From contig OY762960.1 in NCBI GenBank assembly GCA_963667095.1, positions 1,978,591 through 2,042,590 on the forward strand: a stretch of 64,000 bases of DNA. Reading direction: 5' to 3'. The notes under the pieces are model-generated. The model saw nothing but the letters and a program-made list of their open reading frames with translations, was not told the DNA's origin and did no database searches. The DNA comes from Arcobacteraceae bacterium. GTDB lineage: Bacteria > Campylobacterota > Campylobacteria > Campylobacterales > Arcobacteraceae. Shown here in pieces: positions 1 through 10,520 of the stretch (within the stretch, counting starts at the first letter, position 1; each line of letters starts with the position of its first letter). The position numbers and the translations under genes are program-made.

Positions 1-1503
1 GATGATATAGATAAACAAGTACTAAAAACAGGTGTATCTGTAGAAAAAATTGATGAACAACTTTTAGGTCATAGTACTTATAGAATTACAATACCATATA
101 AGGCTGAAATCACAAAAGAGATTAATTGTTTATCGTGTCATGATTCAAAAGAAGGTGATGTCTTAGGTGTTATTTCTATGGTGATGACTATGGATGATAT
201 AAAACTTATGAGTGTAAAAATTATTGCTTTGACTTCATTTATATCATTATTTTTAATTCTATTTATTGTCTGGTTTGTAAAAAGGCTTATTATCCCTTAT
301 CTTTCAATATTTGACTCAATTAAAGATGTGATGAAAAGAGCACATGATGGAGATTATAGTGCAAGAATTAATGAGTTTGAGAGAGGCGAAGCCAAAAATG
401 TTGCACATTGGATAAACGAACATATGGCAAAACTACAAAATAGTTTAGTAACTATTGAAGATAAAATAGATATCTTTTTAACAGCTCATAAGTCTGATAC
501 TGTAGTTGACCCTATACTTGATGTACAAAATACAGTAACAAGACTTGCAGATATTTATAACTTTAGAAAAACAATAGAGCATGATGAAAGAATTGAAGAT
601 GTGTATAAACGATTTGCTATTATTTTAGAAGAAAAATTTCATATAGATGATTTTATTTTTATTGAAGCTGATACAACGAATAAAAAAATTGATGTAGTAT
701 ATGTAAATAAAGAGTTAAAATGTGATCCTGTATCTGCTGGCTGCAGAGCTGATAGAACAAATACTTTAGTAAATTCATGTCAGTTTAAAAAAGTATGTGG
801 TGCAAGTGCTGATGATAATTCATACTTATGTGTTCCTTATTCTATTTCAAATGATATGGATTTTGTAGTATCTATACAAACAGCTTCAAAAGAAGAAAAT
901 CAAAGAGTAAGAGAGAAACTCCCTTTTATTCAAGATTATGTTGATGCAGCGAAACCAGAAATTGTTAGTAAGAAACTTATGCAGATACTTGAAAAAAATG
1001 CAAGTACAGATCCTATGACAGGATTATATAATAGAAAATACCTTGAAAGATATATTGATGGTTCATTGTACAGTGGTATTTATAAAAATATTCCTTGTGG
1101 TTTAATGATGGTAGATATTGATTTCTTTAAATTAATTAATGATAATTATGGACATGATATTGGAGATATAGCTATTAAAACAATATCAAATACTCTTATA
1201 GATGTAGTAAAAGAGAGTGATGTTGTGATTAGATTTGGTGGAGAAGAGTTTATTGTTGTCTTAAATAATTGTACAGAAGAGAGACTTCAAGATACAGCAG
1301 AACAAATTAGAATAGCATTCTCACAACAAAAAATACAAGCGGGTGCTGAAGTATTTAGTAAAACAGTAAGTATTGGTACATCAATATTCCCAAATAAAGA
1401 TCATACTTTTTGGAAGTATGTTAAACAAAGTGATGTAGCCTTGTATCAAGCGAAACATTCAGGAAGAAATAAAGTTGTTCGATATGAAGAGGGCATGGAA
1501 TAA
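1..1503 (+). CDS. sensor diguanylate cyclase, 5' end outside window (periplasmic CxxCH domain tail, TM, HAMP-like linker, Cys-rich module, GGDEF)
   Basis: Frame 1 is open from nt 1 and runs into tracked ORF 178-1503. It contains YRITIPYKAEITKEINCLSCHD, with CxxCH at 127-141. TM helix IIALTSFISLFLILFIVWF follows, and the C-terminus has RFGGEEF. It is a clear paralogue of 18478-20319. Confidence 0.85.
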   Translation, partial: DDIDKQVLKTGVSVEKIDEQLLGHSTYRITIPYKAEITKEINCLSCHDSKEGDVLGVISMVMTMDDIKLMSVKIIALTSFISLFLILFIVWFVKRLIIPYLSIFDSIKDVMKRAHDGDYSARINEFERGEAKNVAHWINEHMAKLQNSLVTIEDKIDIFLTAHKSDTVVDPILDVQNTVTRLADIYNFRKTIEHDERIEDVYKRFAIILEEKFHIDDFIFIEADTTNKKIDVVYVNKELKCDPVSAGCRADRTNTLVNSCQFKKVCGASADDNSYLCVPYSISNDMDFVVSIQTASKEENQRVREKLPFIQDYVDAAKPEIVSKKLMQILEKNASTDPMTGLYNRKYLERYIDGSLYSGIYKNIPCGLMMVDIDFFKLINDNYGHDIGDIAIKTISNTLIDVVKESDVVIRFGGEEFIVVLNNCTEERLQDTAEQIRIAFSQQKIQAGAEVFSKTVSIGTSIFPNKDHTFWKYVKQSDVALYQAKHSGRNKVVRYEEGME

Positions 1504-1575
1504 AATTGCAATTTGTTAATTTTTATAGGATAACATTTAAAATATGCTATAGTTCTAAAAAAACAGGATTATAAT

Positions 1576-2598
1576 TTGGAAAGGTTAGTAGAGTTAGAAA
1601 AAATGACATTTGAGGACAGTAGTGATGAAATAACACTTCGTCCTAGTGTTTGGAATGATTACATAGGTCAAGAAAAAATCAAAAAGAATTTACAAGTTTT
1701 TATAAAAGCTTGTAAAAAAAGACATGAAGTTTTAGACCATATTTTACTGTTTGGACCTCCTGGACTTGGGAAAACGACTCTTAGTCATATTATTGCAAAT
1801 CAAATGGAAGCAAATATAAAGGTCACAGCAGCACCTACGATAGAAAAAGGTGGAGATTTAGCAGCTATTTTAACAAATTTAGAAGAGGGTGATATTCTGT
1901 TTATTGATGAGATTCATAGGTTGACTCCAGCTATTGAAGAGATTTTATACCCAGCTATGGAAGATTTTAGATTGGATATTATTATAGGTTCTGGTCCAGC
2001 TGCACAAACAGTACAAATTGATTTACCAAAGTTTACACTTATAGGTGCAACAACAAGAGCAGGAATGTTAAGTAACCCTTTAAGAGATCGATTTGGTATG
2101 CATTTTAGATTGAATTTTTATAATGATGCAGAGTTATCAAAAATTATTTCAATAGCAGCTACAAAATTAAATAAAGAAGCTCACAAAGACGCAAGTTTTG
2201 AAATAGCAAGAAGAAGTAGGGGAACGCCTAGAGTTGCATTAAGACTATTAAAAAGAGTCAGGGATTTTGCAGATGTAGAAGATGAAAATACAATTGAAAT
2301 ACATAGATGTAAATATGCCCTTGATGAGTTAGGAATCAATGATAAAGGTTTTGATGAGATGGATTTAAAACTTTTAGAATTGTTATTATCCAATAAAGGT
2401 AAACCTATGGGATTAAGTACTATGGCAGCAGCATTAAGTGAAGATGAGGGAACAATAGAAGAAGCTATAGAACCTTATTTGTTGGCAAATGGTTATATCC
2501 AAAGAACAGCTAGAGGAAGAATAGCTACAGTGAAAAGCTATGAGTTATTTAGACTAACTCCTCCAAAAGAAACAAATGATAGTTTATCATTATTTTAA
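1576..2598 (+). CDS. ruvB: Holliday junction branch migration DNA helicase RuvB
   Basis: Walker [11 protein letters not shown] and Walker [11 protein letters not shown] are present. Length and overall sequence are RuvB-like. TTG start is preceded by AGGA. Confidence 0.95.
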   Translation: MERLVELEKMTFEDSSDEITLRPSVWNDYIGQEKIKKNLQVFIKACKKRHEVLDHILLFGPPGLGKTTLSHIIANQMEANIKVTAAPTIEKGGDLAAILTNLEEGDILFIDEIHRLTPAIEEILYPAMEDFRLDIIIGSGPAAQTVQIDLPKFTLIGATTRAGMLSNPLRDRFGMHFRLNFYNDAELSKIISIAATKLNKEAHKDASFEIARRSRGTPRVALRLLKRVRDFADVEDENTIEIHRCKYALDELGINDKGFDEMDLKLLELLLSNKGKPMGLSTMAAALSEDEGTIEEAIEPYLLANGYIQRTARGRIATVKSYELFRLTPPKETNDSLSLF

Positions 2599-2612
2599 AT
2601 GAAAGGAAAGTA

Positions 2613-3461
2613 TTGAAATTAGACACAAAAGAGTTAAAAAATATCACTATTTTATATGTAGAAGATGATCAATTAATTCGAGAACAAACTTGGGCAATAT
2701 TAAATAAATTATTTAAAAAAGTTTTTAGTGCGTATGATGGTGAAAATGGTTTAGAAATTTTTAAAGAACATAAAAATGAGATAGATGTAATTGTTACAGA
2801 TATCAATATGCCAAATATGAATGGTTTGGAGATGATAGGAGCTATAAATAAAATAGAGTCTTCTCTTCCAACTATTGTGACAACAGCACATACAGATTCT
2901 AATTTTTTAATAAATGCAATAGATTTAAATGTTGATAAATATATTGCTAAACCTATACAAATAAAAGATTTAACAATATCTGTTGTTGATAATGTGTTGA
3001 AATATAGACGAATTAATAATATTGAAAATCTTGCAAAAAACTTAGTAACAAAAAGTTCTAAAGATGATAGTATCAATAGTTCACTAACTTATAAGATAGA
3101 TAGATTACAAAAACAAAATAATTATTATAAAGCAATCATAGATAATATGGTTGTAACATTTGAAGTAGATAAAAATGGAATGATTATGAAGGTTTCAGAT
3201 AAGTTTAGAAGATTTTTTAATTATTCTGGTGATGAGATTATTGGTCAAAATATTAATATACTAAAATGTGAAAATTCCACACAAGAAAGTTTCCAAAAAC
3301 TTATGTTAAAAGCTATTCATACAAAAAAAACTGTTTTATCAACTTACTCTTTTAAAACTAATGATGATAAATCTATTGATTGTGATGTAACACTTACTCC
3401 AAATTATGATGACAGTTCGTTAGTAGCAGGCTATACAATATACCTAGATATATTGGGATAG
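2613..3461 (+). CDS. response regulator with REC domain and C-terminal PAS-like domain (no DNA-binding output)
   Basis: REC signatures are ILYVEDD, VIVTDINMPNMNG and KYIAKP. The C-terminal ~110 aa is PAS-like (SDKFRRFFNYSGDEIIGQNINIL). TTG start follows AAAGGAAAG. Confidence 0.8.
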   Translation: MKLDTKELKNITILYVEDDQLIREQTWAILNKLFKKVFSAYDGENGLEIFKEHKNEIDVIVTDINMPNMNGLEMIGAINKIESSLPTIVTTAHTDSNFLINAIDLNVDKYIAKPIQIKDLTISVVDNVLKYRRINNIENLAKNLVTKSSKDDSINSSLTYKIDRLQKQNNYYKAIIDNMVVTFEVDKNGMIMKVSDKFRRFFNYSGDEIIGQNINILKCENSTQESFQKLMLKAIHTKKTVLSTYSFKTNDDKSIDCDVTLTPNYDDSSLVAGYTIYLDILG

Positions 3462-3475
3462 ATATATAATATCTG

Positions 3476-4615
3476 TTAAGATAATCTATCTTTGTAGCTT
3501 GCATAATCATAATTTCTCACTACGTTAAATTCACCATTTCTTTTTTTTATGGCGATTGATGGGAGATTAATTCCATTAAAGGTAGTGGTTTTTACCATAG
3601 TATAATGTATCATATCTTCTAATATAATTTTGTCTCCAACTTTCAAAGGTACATCAAATGAATAGTCACCTATTATATCTCCAGCAAGACAAGTATTCCC
3701 ACCTAGTTTATAAGTATATTCTTTTTTAAATGCTTCATCAGCACCTCTAATATCTGCTCTATATGGCATAGCAAGAGTATCAGGCATATGACACTCAGCA
3801 CTTGTATCTAAAATGGCTATATCCATTCCATTATGTACTATATCTAAAACAGTAGCTTCTAAATAGCCTGTTTTCCATCCTACTGCTTCACCTGGTTCTA
3901 GATATATTGTAAGATGTGGATATTTGTTTTTAATATTTTTTAACACACTAATGAGTTTTTCAACATCATAGTCTGTTCTTGTAATATGATGACCACCACC
4001 AAAGTTAAGCCATCGTAATTGTGAAAAATATTTCCCAAAATTTTCTTCAAATTTTACTAGTACTAGTTCCAGTGCATCCACATTTTGTTCACAGAGTGCA
4101 TGAAAATGTAATCCTTCTATTTGTGAGGGTAAAGTAGTTGGAAAGTTTTCTTTTGTAGTACCAAGACGACTATAGGTACCACAAGGGTTGTATAAATCAA
4201 CATCTACAGTTGAAACTTCTGGATTTATTCGTATTCCAATACTATTTTGAGATGTTACTTTGTCTTTATAAAGTTCAAATTGATTAAATGAGTTAAAAAC
4301 AATATGATTTGATATTTTAACTATTTCATCAAATTCGTTTGGTTTGAATGCTGGTGAATAGGTATGTACCTCGAGTCCAAATTCTTCTTTTGCAAGTATT
4401 GCTTCATTTAAACCACTTGCACAACATCCCTTAAGATATTTTTTACAAAGTTCAAAAGTGCTAAACATTGCAAAACCTTTTAATGCTAAAAGTATTTTTA
4501 CATTTGCTTCTTCTTGCACATACTTAAGAAGTTGAAGATTTTCTTCTAAAAGTTTCTCTTCACACACATAGCAAGGGCTCGGTAATGAATTATTAGAATT
4601 CAAATCCACCGCCAC
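3476..4615 (-). CDS. nspC: carboxynorspermidine decarboxylase
   Basis: ~380-aa PLP decarboxylase fold. N-terminus LPSPCYVCEEKLLEENL, FGGGHH and EPGEA motifs are typical of NspC of Campylobacterota and Vibrio. Confidence 0.85.
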   Translation of the reverse strand: MAVDLNSNNSLPSPCYVCEEKLLEENLQLLKYVQEEANVKILLALKGFAMFSTFELCKKYLKGCCASGLNEAILAKEEFGLEVHTYSPAFKPNEFDEIVKISNHIVFNSFNQFELYKDKVTSQNSIGIRINPEVSTVDVDLYNPCGTYSRLGTTKENFPTTLPSQIEGLHFHALCEQNVDALELVLVKFEENFGKYFSQLRWLNFGGGHHITRTDYDVEKLISVLKNIKNKYPHLTIYLEPGEAVGWKTGYLEATVLDIVHNGMDIAILDTSAECHMPDTLAMPYRADIRGADEAFKKEYTYKLGGNTCLAGDIIGDYSFDVPLKVGDKIILEDMIHYTMVKTTTFNGINLPSIAIKKRNGEFNVVRNYDYASYKDRLS

Positions 4616-4790
4616 TTCCTTTATTCATACTTTCATATACTACTTTTACATAAGTATCTCTAGTTTCACATTCTAAAATTTTAGGGCATTTCATACAAGA
4701 ATCAACATTATGAGAAATTTGACATTGTTTTAAAGTAACAAGTTGAGTATCTAAGGCTATTTGCCATTTATCTTTAGGTGTCTCTTCCAT
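4593..4790 (-). CDS. small Cys-rich conserved hypothetical protein (65 aa)
   Basis: Its start codon directly abuts the fbp stop (4790/4791). It has four Cys, CQ-x8-CMKC-x5-C. Its stop overlaps the nspC start by 23 nt. Confidence 0.6.
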   Translation of the reverse strand: MEETPKDKWQIALDTQLVTLKQCQISHNVDSCMKCPKILECETRDTYVKVVYESMNKGSGGGFEF

Positions 4791-5627
4791 TTATTTATAA
4801 GAGTCTTTTACCATTTCAATCTCATAAGTACTCCCAAAAAAACAAGGACTTGTATCATGAATATGTGTTGTTTTAATATTTAAAACTCTATTTTGTCCAT
4901 CTATTGCATATCCACCAGCTGTTTCAAAAACTTGTGCAAATGGGAATACTTCAAAAAGCTGTCGGAGTTTTCCTTGTGGCTTATCACTAGCACCTGGATA
5001 TGAAAATAAACCACCACCTCTTAAAAGAATATGGTGTAAGTCAGGAACCATACCACCACTGTAAGTTAGTTCATAACCTTCTTTGAACATTTTATTTATC
5101 ATCTCTTTATGATGTGGATACCAACATTGTTGCGTTGAACCTGGTGAGTTGATATCTCCTTTTTCATTCATCGTTATATTTTTGATGTAAGTAAACTCTT
5201 TATTATTCATTCTATAAAGTTTTACTGTTTCCCCATCACAAATAACCATTTCAACTCTTGGACCAAATACTACATATATTGATGCTACAATATTATTACC
5301 AGTAAAATCATTTTTATAAATACCATAAATAGAACCAACAGATAAATTTACATCAACTAAACTACTACCATCAAGTGGATCATATGCTATAAGATATTCC
5401 CCATTTTCATTAATATCTACAATATTATCTTGCTCTTCACTTACTATTTGTTTTACACAAGAAAGTTCTTTAAAGTTATTCTCAATAATAATATCACTTT
5501 GTATATCAAGTTTTAATTGTGTGTCACCTGTTGAGTTTTGTTGTTCACTTTTTCCAGTGTCACCTTTTTTGATAGTTTGTTGTATTTGAATTGTTGATTT
5601 TTTTATTGCTTCTATAATATCATTCAT
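4791..5627 (-). CDS. fbp: fructose-1,6-bisphosphatase class 1
   Basis: It has the DPLDGSS metal-binding motif and [11 protein letters not shown]/GGxFxYP-type C-terminal motifs. Confidence 0.9.
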   Translation of the reverse strand: MNDIIEAIKKSTIQIQQTIKKGDTGKSEQQNSTGDTQLKLDIQSDIIIENNFKELSCVKQIVSEEQDNIVDINENGEYLIAYDPLDGSSLVDVNLSVGSIYGIYKNDFTGNNIVASIYVVFGPRVEMVICDGETVKLYRMNNKEFTYIKNITMNEKGDINSPGSTQQCWYPHHKEMINKMFKEGYELTYSGGMVPDLHHILLRGGGLFSYPGASDKPQGKLRQLFEVFPFAQVFETAGGYAIDGQNRVLNIKTTHIHDTSPCFFGSTYEIEMVKDSYK

Positions 5628-5637
5628 CTAGTTTTCC

Positions 5638-6141
5638 TTAAATTTTTTTACTATTGTGTTTTATCCACTCAATTATCTCTTCAGTATTATTTAAATTCAA
5701 TATCTTCATATCTGTTGGTAGAGCTTGTATTTCAATAGAATTATCTGTTGCTATACAATCACTTTTTTCAAAATAATTTTCATCTATGTTATTTCGTTGT
5801 ACGCAAATTCTTGGAAGGGGAATACTCTTTAATCCTTCTACCAATAAAAAGTCAAAGTCACCAAACATATTGGCTATCTCTTCTATAGTAGATGTTGTTT
5901 TTTTAAAAACTGTAGTTCTTGTTGGAGATACAACAGCAACTTCACTTCCTGTTTGTGAGAATTTATAACTATCTTTTCCCTCTTTATCAAAAATAGCTTT
6001 ATCACATGGGTCATGTTTAATTATTGCTACTTTAAACCCTTCTTCTTGTAACTTATTTGAGATATTAACGATAAGTGTCGTTTTCCCACTGTTTGATGGT
6101 CCAGTAAAAGCTACGGCTAATTTTTGTTTTGTTTTATTCAT
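5638..6141 (-). CDS. mobB: molybdopterin-guanine dinucleotide biosynthesis adaptor protein MobB
   Basis: It has P-loop GPSNSGKTTL and is ~165 aa, with a MobB-like IIKHDP segment. Confidence 0.8.
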   Translation of the reverse strand: MNKTKQKLAVAFTGPSNSGKTTLIVNISNKLQEEGFKVAIIKHDPCDKAIFDKEGKDSYKFSQTGSEVAVVSPTRTTVFKKTTSTIEEIANMFGDFDFLLVEGLKSIPLPRICVQRNNIDENYFEKSDCIATDNSIEIQALPTDMKILNLNNTEEIIEWIKHNSKKI

Positions 6142-6167
6142 AAGTGTGATTATACCAAATTCTTTCT

Positions 6168-7028
6168 TTAGTTAAATCTCTCTTTAAAAGTGCATTTTTT
6201 ACATAATTCTTCAACTGCTATATTATTTTTAAAACCTTCAACTATATCTATAGCTTTTTTTGAATGGAGTATATCTTTTAGGTTTGTTGTTTTCATATTA
6301 CCAAGATTAATAATACCAAAACTATCTAAACAACAAGGAACTACAATACCTGAACTTAAAATTCCAATTTGAGAAGAAAGTCCATGACAATATCCATCTG
6401 TTTCTTGTTTATTTTCTAAATTTGGCCACTGAAAATAGTTGTCAAAATTGATTAAAATTTGATTTTCAAGTCGTATTGATTTATCAAAGCTTATATCTTC
6501 TAAATTTACATTAAAGTGTTCTGATAAAAGAGAGAAAACTTGTGTGTTGAAATCATTTTCACTATGAGAATTATCTAAATTCCATAATCTAAAATTGATA
6601 AAGTTATGTCTTTTATTTTTTAGTTTTAATGTACAAAGTTCAAACATAGGTTGTAAATATTCTTTTAGTGTAATATTCATTTCATTTTTATTATAACTAT
6701 TGAGTGAAAAATTTATCTGTTTTATAGCTTTATGTAAAAATAGATTTAAATTAAATTTATTAAGATAATATCCTGTGGTGGTAATATCGACTTGAAAGTG
6801 ATATTTTAAAGCTAAGTTAAGATACTCTTCAAGGTTTTTTATCACTAAAGGATCACCAAATACATGAAGTGCAATATTTTTTGTGTAAGGTTGTAGTTGT
6901 TTTAAAATATCTTCAAAAAACTCTAAGTTCATAGTTTGTGGAGGAGAAGCTTTTGTAGGACAAAAACTACATTCTAAACCACAAATATTTGTGAGCTCTA
7001 TATATACTTTATGAAATTTGTAAAGCAT
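6168..7028 (-). CDS. radical SAM protein with C-terminal Cys-rich (SPASM-like) region
   Basis: CxxxCxxC cluster CGLECSFC lies near the N-terminus. Additional Cys occur at the C-terminus (CHG, PCCLD, CKKC). Confidence 0.75.
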   Translation of the reverse strand: MLYKFHKVYIELTNICGLECSFCPTKASPPQTMNLEFFEDILKQLQPYTKNIALHVFGDPLVIKNLEEYLNLALKYHFQVDITTTGYYLNKFNLNLFLHKAIKQINFSLNSYNKNEMNITLKEYLQPMFELCTLKLKNKRHNFINFRLWNLDNSHSENDFNTQVFSLLSEHFNVNLEDISFDKSIRLENQILINFDNYFQWPNLENKQETDGYCHGLSSQIGILSSGIVVPCCLDSFGIINLGNMKTTNLKDILHSKKAIDIVEGFKNNIAVEELCKKCTFKERFN

Positions 7029-7500
7029 TTTTAATAAGTGTTATATTCTGTTTGAGTTGCTCTACTCTTGGTTTAAATTCTTCTAAATTTTCATTATAAT
7101 GAGTTGAACCATCGATTGCTATAAGTTTTTCATCAAAATGTTCAATAGTTTGTTTTTGAATATCTTCATCTGTAAGACCAAGTAGAAGTTCTGGAGTTTG
7201 TTTTTCTAATTTCATTATTGTATATTCTAAAGTATACTTATTATCTATGTCAATATTGAGATAATTACACATCTCTATATATAAATTATCAACACTAGAA
7301 GCATATCTACTATATATTGTCCCTGCAAAATCATTGAGATACAAGTGAAAGTTTTTATAGTTTGATAAAAACTCTCTATTTTTTTCTTCATCTATAATAG
7401 CATTATCTTCATGCAATTTATCATACATATGTTTCATACTAATAAAAAGTATTTCACTACAGTTATTGTGTATTTCTTCTAAAAATTGTTCTTTTGTCAT
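7009..7500 (-). CDS. hypothetical acidic protein (163 aa)
   Basis: ORF only. Its 3' end overlaps the radical SAM gene start by 20 nt (translational coupling). I recognise no motif. Confidence 0.55.
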   Translation of the reverse strand: MTKEQFLEEIHNNCSEILFISMKHMYDKLHEDNAIIDEEKNREFLSNYKNFHLYLNDFAGTIYSRYASSVDNLYIEMCNYLNIDIDNKYTLEYTIMKLEKQTPELLLGLTDEDIQKQTIEHFDEKLIAIDGSTHYNENLEEFKPRVEQLKQNITLIKNALQIS

Positions 7501-7522
7501 ATTTTTTCCATATTTTATAAAT

Positions 7523-7553
7523 AAAAAAAGAGAGCTAGAAAAGCTCTCTTTTG
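7523..7553 (-). terminator. rho-independent terminator downstream of pckA
   Basis: The stem is AAGAGAGCT/AGCTCTCTT with a 5-nt loop. It is followed on the minus strand by a T-run (A-run 7523-7529 on plus). Confidence 0.7.
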
Positions 7554-7577
7554 AAATTTTCTATAGTTGATTGTATC

Positions 7578-9155
7578 TTATAGTTTTGGTCCTGCTGATG
7601 TAAAATCAAAACTAGTGTCATCTGTCAAGTATTTTTTAAAGTTTTCTACATACATACCTGCTAATTTTTTAGCTGTTTCATCATATTTAGATTTGTCTTC
7701 CCATGTATTTCTTGGATTTAATACTTCTGTATCAACACCTTCAAGTGTTTTTGGAATAGAAAGGTTAAATATTGGTAATGTTTCAAACTCACTATTTTCA
7801 ATATTTCCATCTAAAATACCATTGATACAAGCTCTAGTGTTTTTAATACTCATTCTTTTTCCAACACCATATGCACCACCAGTCCAACCAGTATTTACTA
7901 GATAAACATTTACATTGTGTTTTTCAATCTTTTCACCAAGCAGTTTAGCATATACTGTTGGATGTAATGGTAAAAAAGCTTCCCCAAAACAAGCACTAAA
8001 TGTAGCTGTAGGTTCTGTGATTCCTCTTTCCGTTCCTGCAACTTTTGCAGTATAGCCACTTAAAAAGTAATACATAGCTTGTTCATTTGTTAATTTTGAT
8101 ACAGGAGGTAAAACACCAAATGCATCAGCACTTAGAAAGATAATATTTGTAGGGTGTCCAGCTATAGAGTTTGGCTGAATATTTTCAATATGGTTTATTG
8201 GATATGAAACTCTTGTATTTTCTGTTTTACTACCATCTGTAAAATCTACATTTCCATTTTCATCTGTTACCACATTTTCTAATATAGCGCCTTTTTTAAT
8301 AGCAGCAAATATTTCTGGTTCACTTGAAGCATCTAAATTGATAACTTTTGCGTAACAACCACCTTCAAAGTTGAAAACACCATCATCATCCCAACCATGT
8401 TCATCATCACCTATTAAAGCTCTATTAGGATCTGTTGATAGTGTAGTTTTACCTGTTCCTGAAAGTCCAAAAAATAATGCTGTATCACCTTTTGAACCAA
8501 CATTTGCAGAACAATGCATCGCCATTTTATTATCAAGTGGAAGCCAATAATTCATCATTGAAAAAACACCTTTTTTCATCTCACCAGCATACCAAGTTCC
8601 ACCAATTACAGCTTCATTTTTTTCAACATTAAAAGCTACATAAACTTCTGAATTTAAACCTTGTTCTTTCCAATTTTTGTTTGTAGTTTTACACGCGTTG
8701 TATATTGTGAAATCAGGATTAAAGTTTTCTAAGTCTTTATCTGATGGTACAATAAACATATTTTTTATAAAATGTGCCTGCCAAGCTATCTCAGTAATAA
8801 ATCTTATTGATTTTCTACTATTTAAACTAGAACCACAGTACACATCTGTAATATACAAATCTTTTCCATTAAGTTGTTCTTTTGATGTATTTAATAAAGC
8901 TTTATATGTTTCTTGATCAATATGTCTATTTACATCTCCCCAAGATATATATTTTGAAGAAGGATCTGCGTATGCAAAGTATTTATCTTTTGGACTTCTT
9001 CCTGTAAATATTCCTGTATCTATGATTAAAGCACCACTAGAGGCTATTGTAGCCCCTTCATTTTCAACTGCATGATCTATTAATGTATCTACATCTAAGT
9101 TATGATAAACTTGACCTACATTTTCTAAACCAAGAGAGTTTTTAATATCTGACAT
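7578..9155 (-). CDS. pckA: phosphoenolpyruvate carboxykinase (ATP)
   Basis: It has the kinase-1a motif [11 protein letters not shown] and IGDDEHGW, and is ~525 aa. Confidence 0.95.
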   Translation of the reverse strand: MSDIKNSLGLENVGQVYHNLDVDTLIDHAVENEGATIASSGALIIDTGIFTGRSPKDKYFAYADPSSKYISWGDVNRHIDQETYKALLNTSKEQLNGKDLYITDVYCGSSLNSRKSIRFITEIAWQAHFIKNMFIVPSDKDLENFNPDFTIYNACKTTNKNWKEQGLNSEVYVAFNVEKNEAVIGGTWYAGEMKKGVFSMMNYWLPLDNKMAMHCSANVGSKGDTALFFGLSGTGKTTLSTDPNRALIGDDEHGWDDDGVFNFEGGCYAKVINLDASSEPEIFAAIKKGAILENVVTDENGNVDFTDGSKTENTRVSYPINHIENIQPNSIAGHPTNIIFLSADAFGVLPPVSKLTNEQAMYYFLSGYTAKVAGTERGITEPTATFSACFGEAFLPLHPTVYAKLLGEKIEKHNVNVYLVNTGWTGGAYGVGKRMSIKNTRACINGILDGNIENSEFETLPIFNLSIPKTLEGVDTEVLNPRNTWEDKSKYDETAKKLAGMYVENFKKYLTDDTSFDFTSAGPKL

Positions 9156-9175
9156 ATTTCTGTTTTCCTAATTTT

Positions 9176-10495
9176 TTATTTAAATATTGATAAAAGAACA
9201 CCAGCAGCAACGGCAGAACCAATTACTCCTGCAACATTGGGACCCATAGCATGCATCAATAAAATGTTTGACTTATCATACTCTTGTCCCACTTTGCTTA
9301 CAACTCTTGCTGCCATTGGAACAGCACTAACACCAGCAGCACCTATGAGTGGATTAATCTGAGCATCTTTAGGACTTAGTTTATTCATGATTTTTGCCAT
9401 AAGAACACCAGCAGCAGTACCTGCACTAAATGCTAATAGTCCAATTATCATAATACCCATAGTATCAAGCACTAAAAACTTATCAGCTGCTAATTTACTA
9501 CCAACACCAAGACCTAAAAATATTGTTACAATATTAATAAGTGAGTTTTGCATTGTATCACTTAATCTATCTACTACTCCAGATTGTTTTGCAAAGTTTC
9601 CTAGTGCAAATGCTCCAATAAGTGGAGTAGATTCTGGTAAAATTAAAATAGCCATCATAAGTATTAATATAGGTAAGAAAAGTTTTTCTAAAGGATGAAC
9701 TTTTCTTAATGGTGGCATTTTAATTTTTCTTTCTGCTTCTGTTGTTAAAGCTTTCATAATTGGTGGTTGAATAACTGGTACAAGTGCCATATATGAGTAC
9801 GCAGCAACAGCAATAGCACCAAGCATTTCAGGAGCTAGTCTATTCGCAATAAAAATTGAAGTAGGACCATCGGCACCACCAATAATAGAAATAGCACTAG
9901 CAGATTGTAAATCAAATCCTATCATTACTGCCCCTACTAAAGAACCAAAAATCCCAAATTGTGCTGCACCACCAAGAATAGCAGTTTTAGGATTTGCTAA
10001 AAGTGGACCAAAGTCTGTCATAGCACCAACACCCATAAAAATGAGAAGTGGAAAAAATTCATTTGCTATACCCATATTATAAATAATACCAAGCATACCG
10101 TGCTCTCCACCCATATTTGCCAATGGTATATTAGCAAGTAATCCACCAAAAGCTATTGGTAAAAGTAATAATGGTTCAAAACCTTTTGCAATTGCAAGGT
10201 AGAATAATAAGAATACTATTATAAACATTATTATTCTTCCCCAAGTTTGTTCAAAAGTTGTCATAACTCTCGCATCATCAGGATTTGGCTCTGATGTCAT
10301 AACATCATCACTAGGATTTAATATAGCATTTATACCTGTTGTTTCATAAAATGAACTTACAAGTTCACCTAATGTTTTTGATTGGTACTCTTTCTTTTCT
10401 GTTTCAACTGTTTCAGCTGCACTATTTGCGTAAAGATTACTGCTAAATAGTGCAAAAATCATTAAAAACACAATAGAGATAAGTTTTTTATTCAT
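9176..10495 (-). CDS. oadB: oxaloacetate decarboxylase Na+ pump, beta subunit
   Basis: Polytopic membrane protein with the [19 protein letters not shown] signature. I prefer the ATG at 10495 (MNKKLIS) because GGAGAG lies 4 nt upstream. The tracked ORF extends to 10528. Confidence 0.85.
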   Translation of the reverse strand: MNKKLISIVFLMIFALFSSNLYANSAAETVETEKKEYQSKTLGELVSSFYETTGINAILNPSDDVMTSEPNPDDARVMTTFEQTWGRIIMFIIVFLLFYLAIAKGFEPLLLLPIAFGGLLANIPLANMGGEHGMLGIIYNMGIANEFFPLLIFMGVGAMTDFGPLLANPKTAILGGAAQFGIFGSLVGAVMIGFDLQSASAISIIGGADGPTSIFIANRLAPEMLGAIAVAAYSYMALVPVIQPPIMKALTTEAERKIKMPPLRKVHPLEKLFLPILILMMAILILPESTPLIGAFALGNFAKQSGVVDRLSDTMQNSLINIVTIFLGLGVGSKLAADKFLVLDTMGIMIIGLLAFSAGTAAGVLMAKIMNKLSPKDAQINPLIGAAGVSAVPMAARVVSKVGQEYDKSNILLMHAMGPNVAGVIGSAVAAGVLLSIFK

Positions 10496-10520
10496 TTTTC
10501 TCTCCAAGATTTTATCCACA

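Noticed and set aside
2669-3076. 135-aa antisense ORF inside the REC-PAS gene. Similar cases are 15896-16294, 36547-36978, 48296-48700, 49560-49931, 52038-52373 and 56323-56649.
   Set aside because: Each is embedded opposite a CDS with clear family motifs. Each translates to low-complexity Ser/Ile/Phe-rich sequence and lacks a plausible start context.
4593-7028. RiPP-like system: radical SAM/SPASM enzyme plus the 65-aa Cys-rich peptide in the same operon
   Set aside because: The two genes are separated by mobB and fbp. The small protein is translationally coupled to fbp instead. It also lacks a leader/core architecture.
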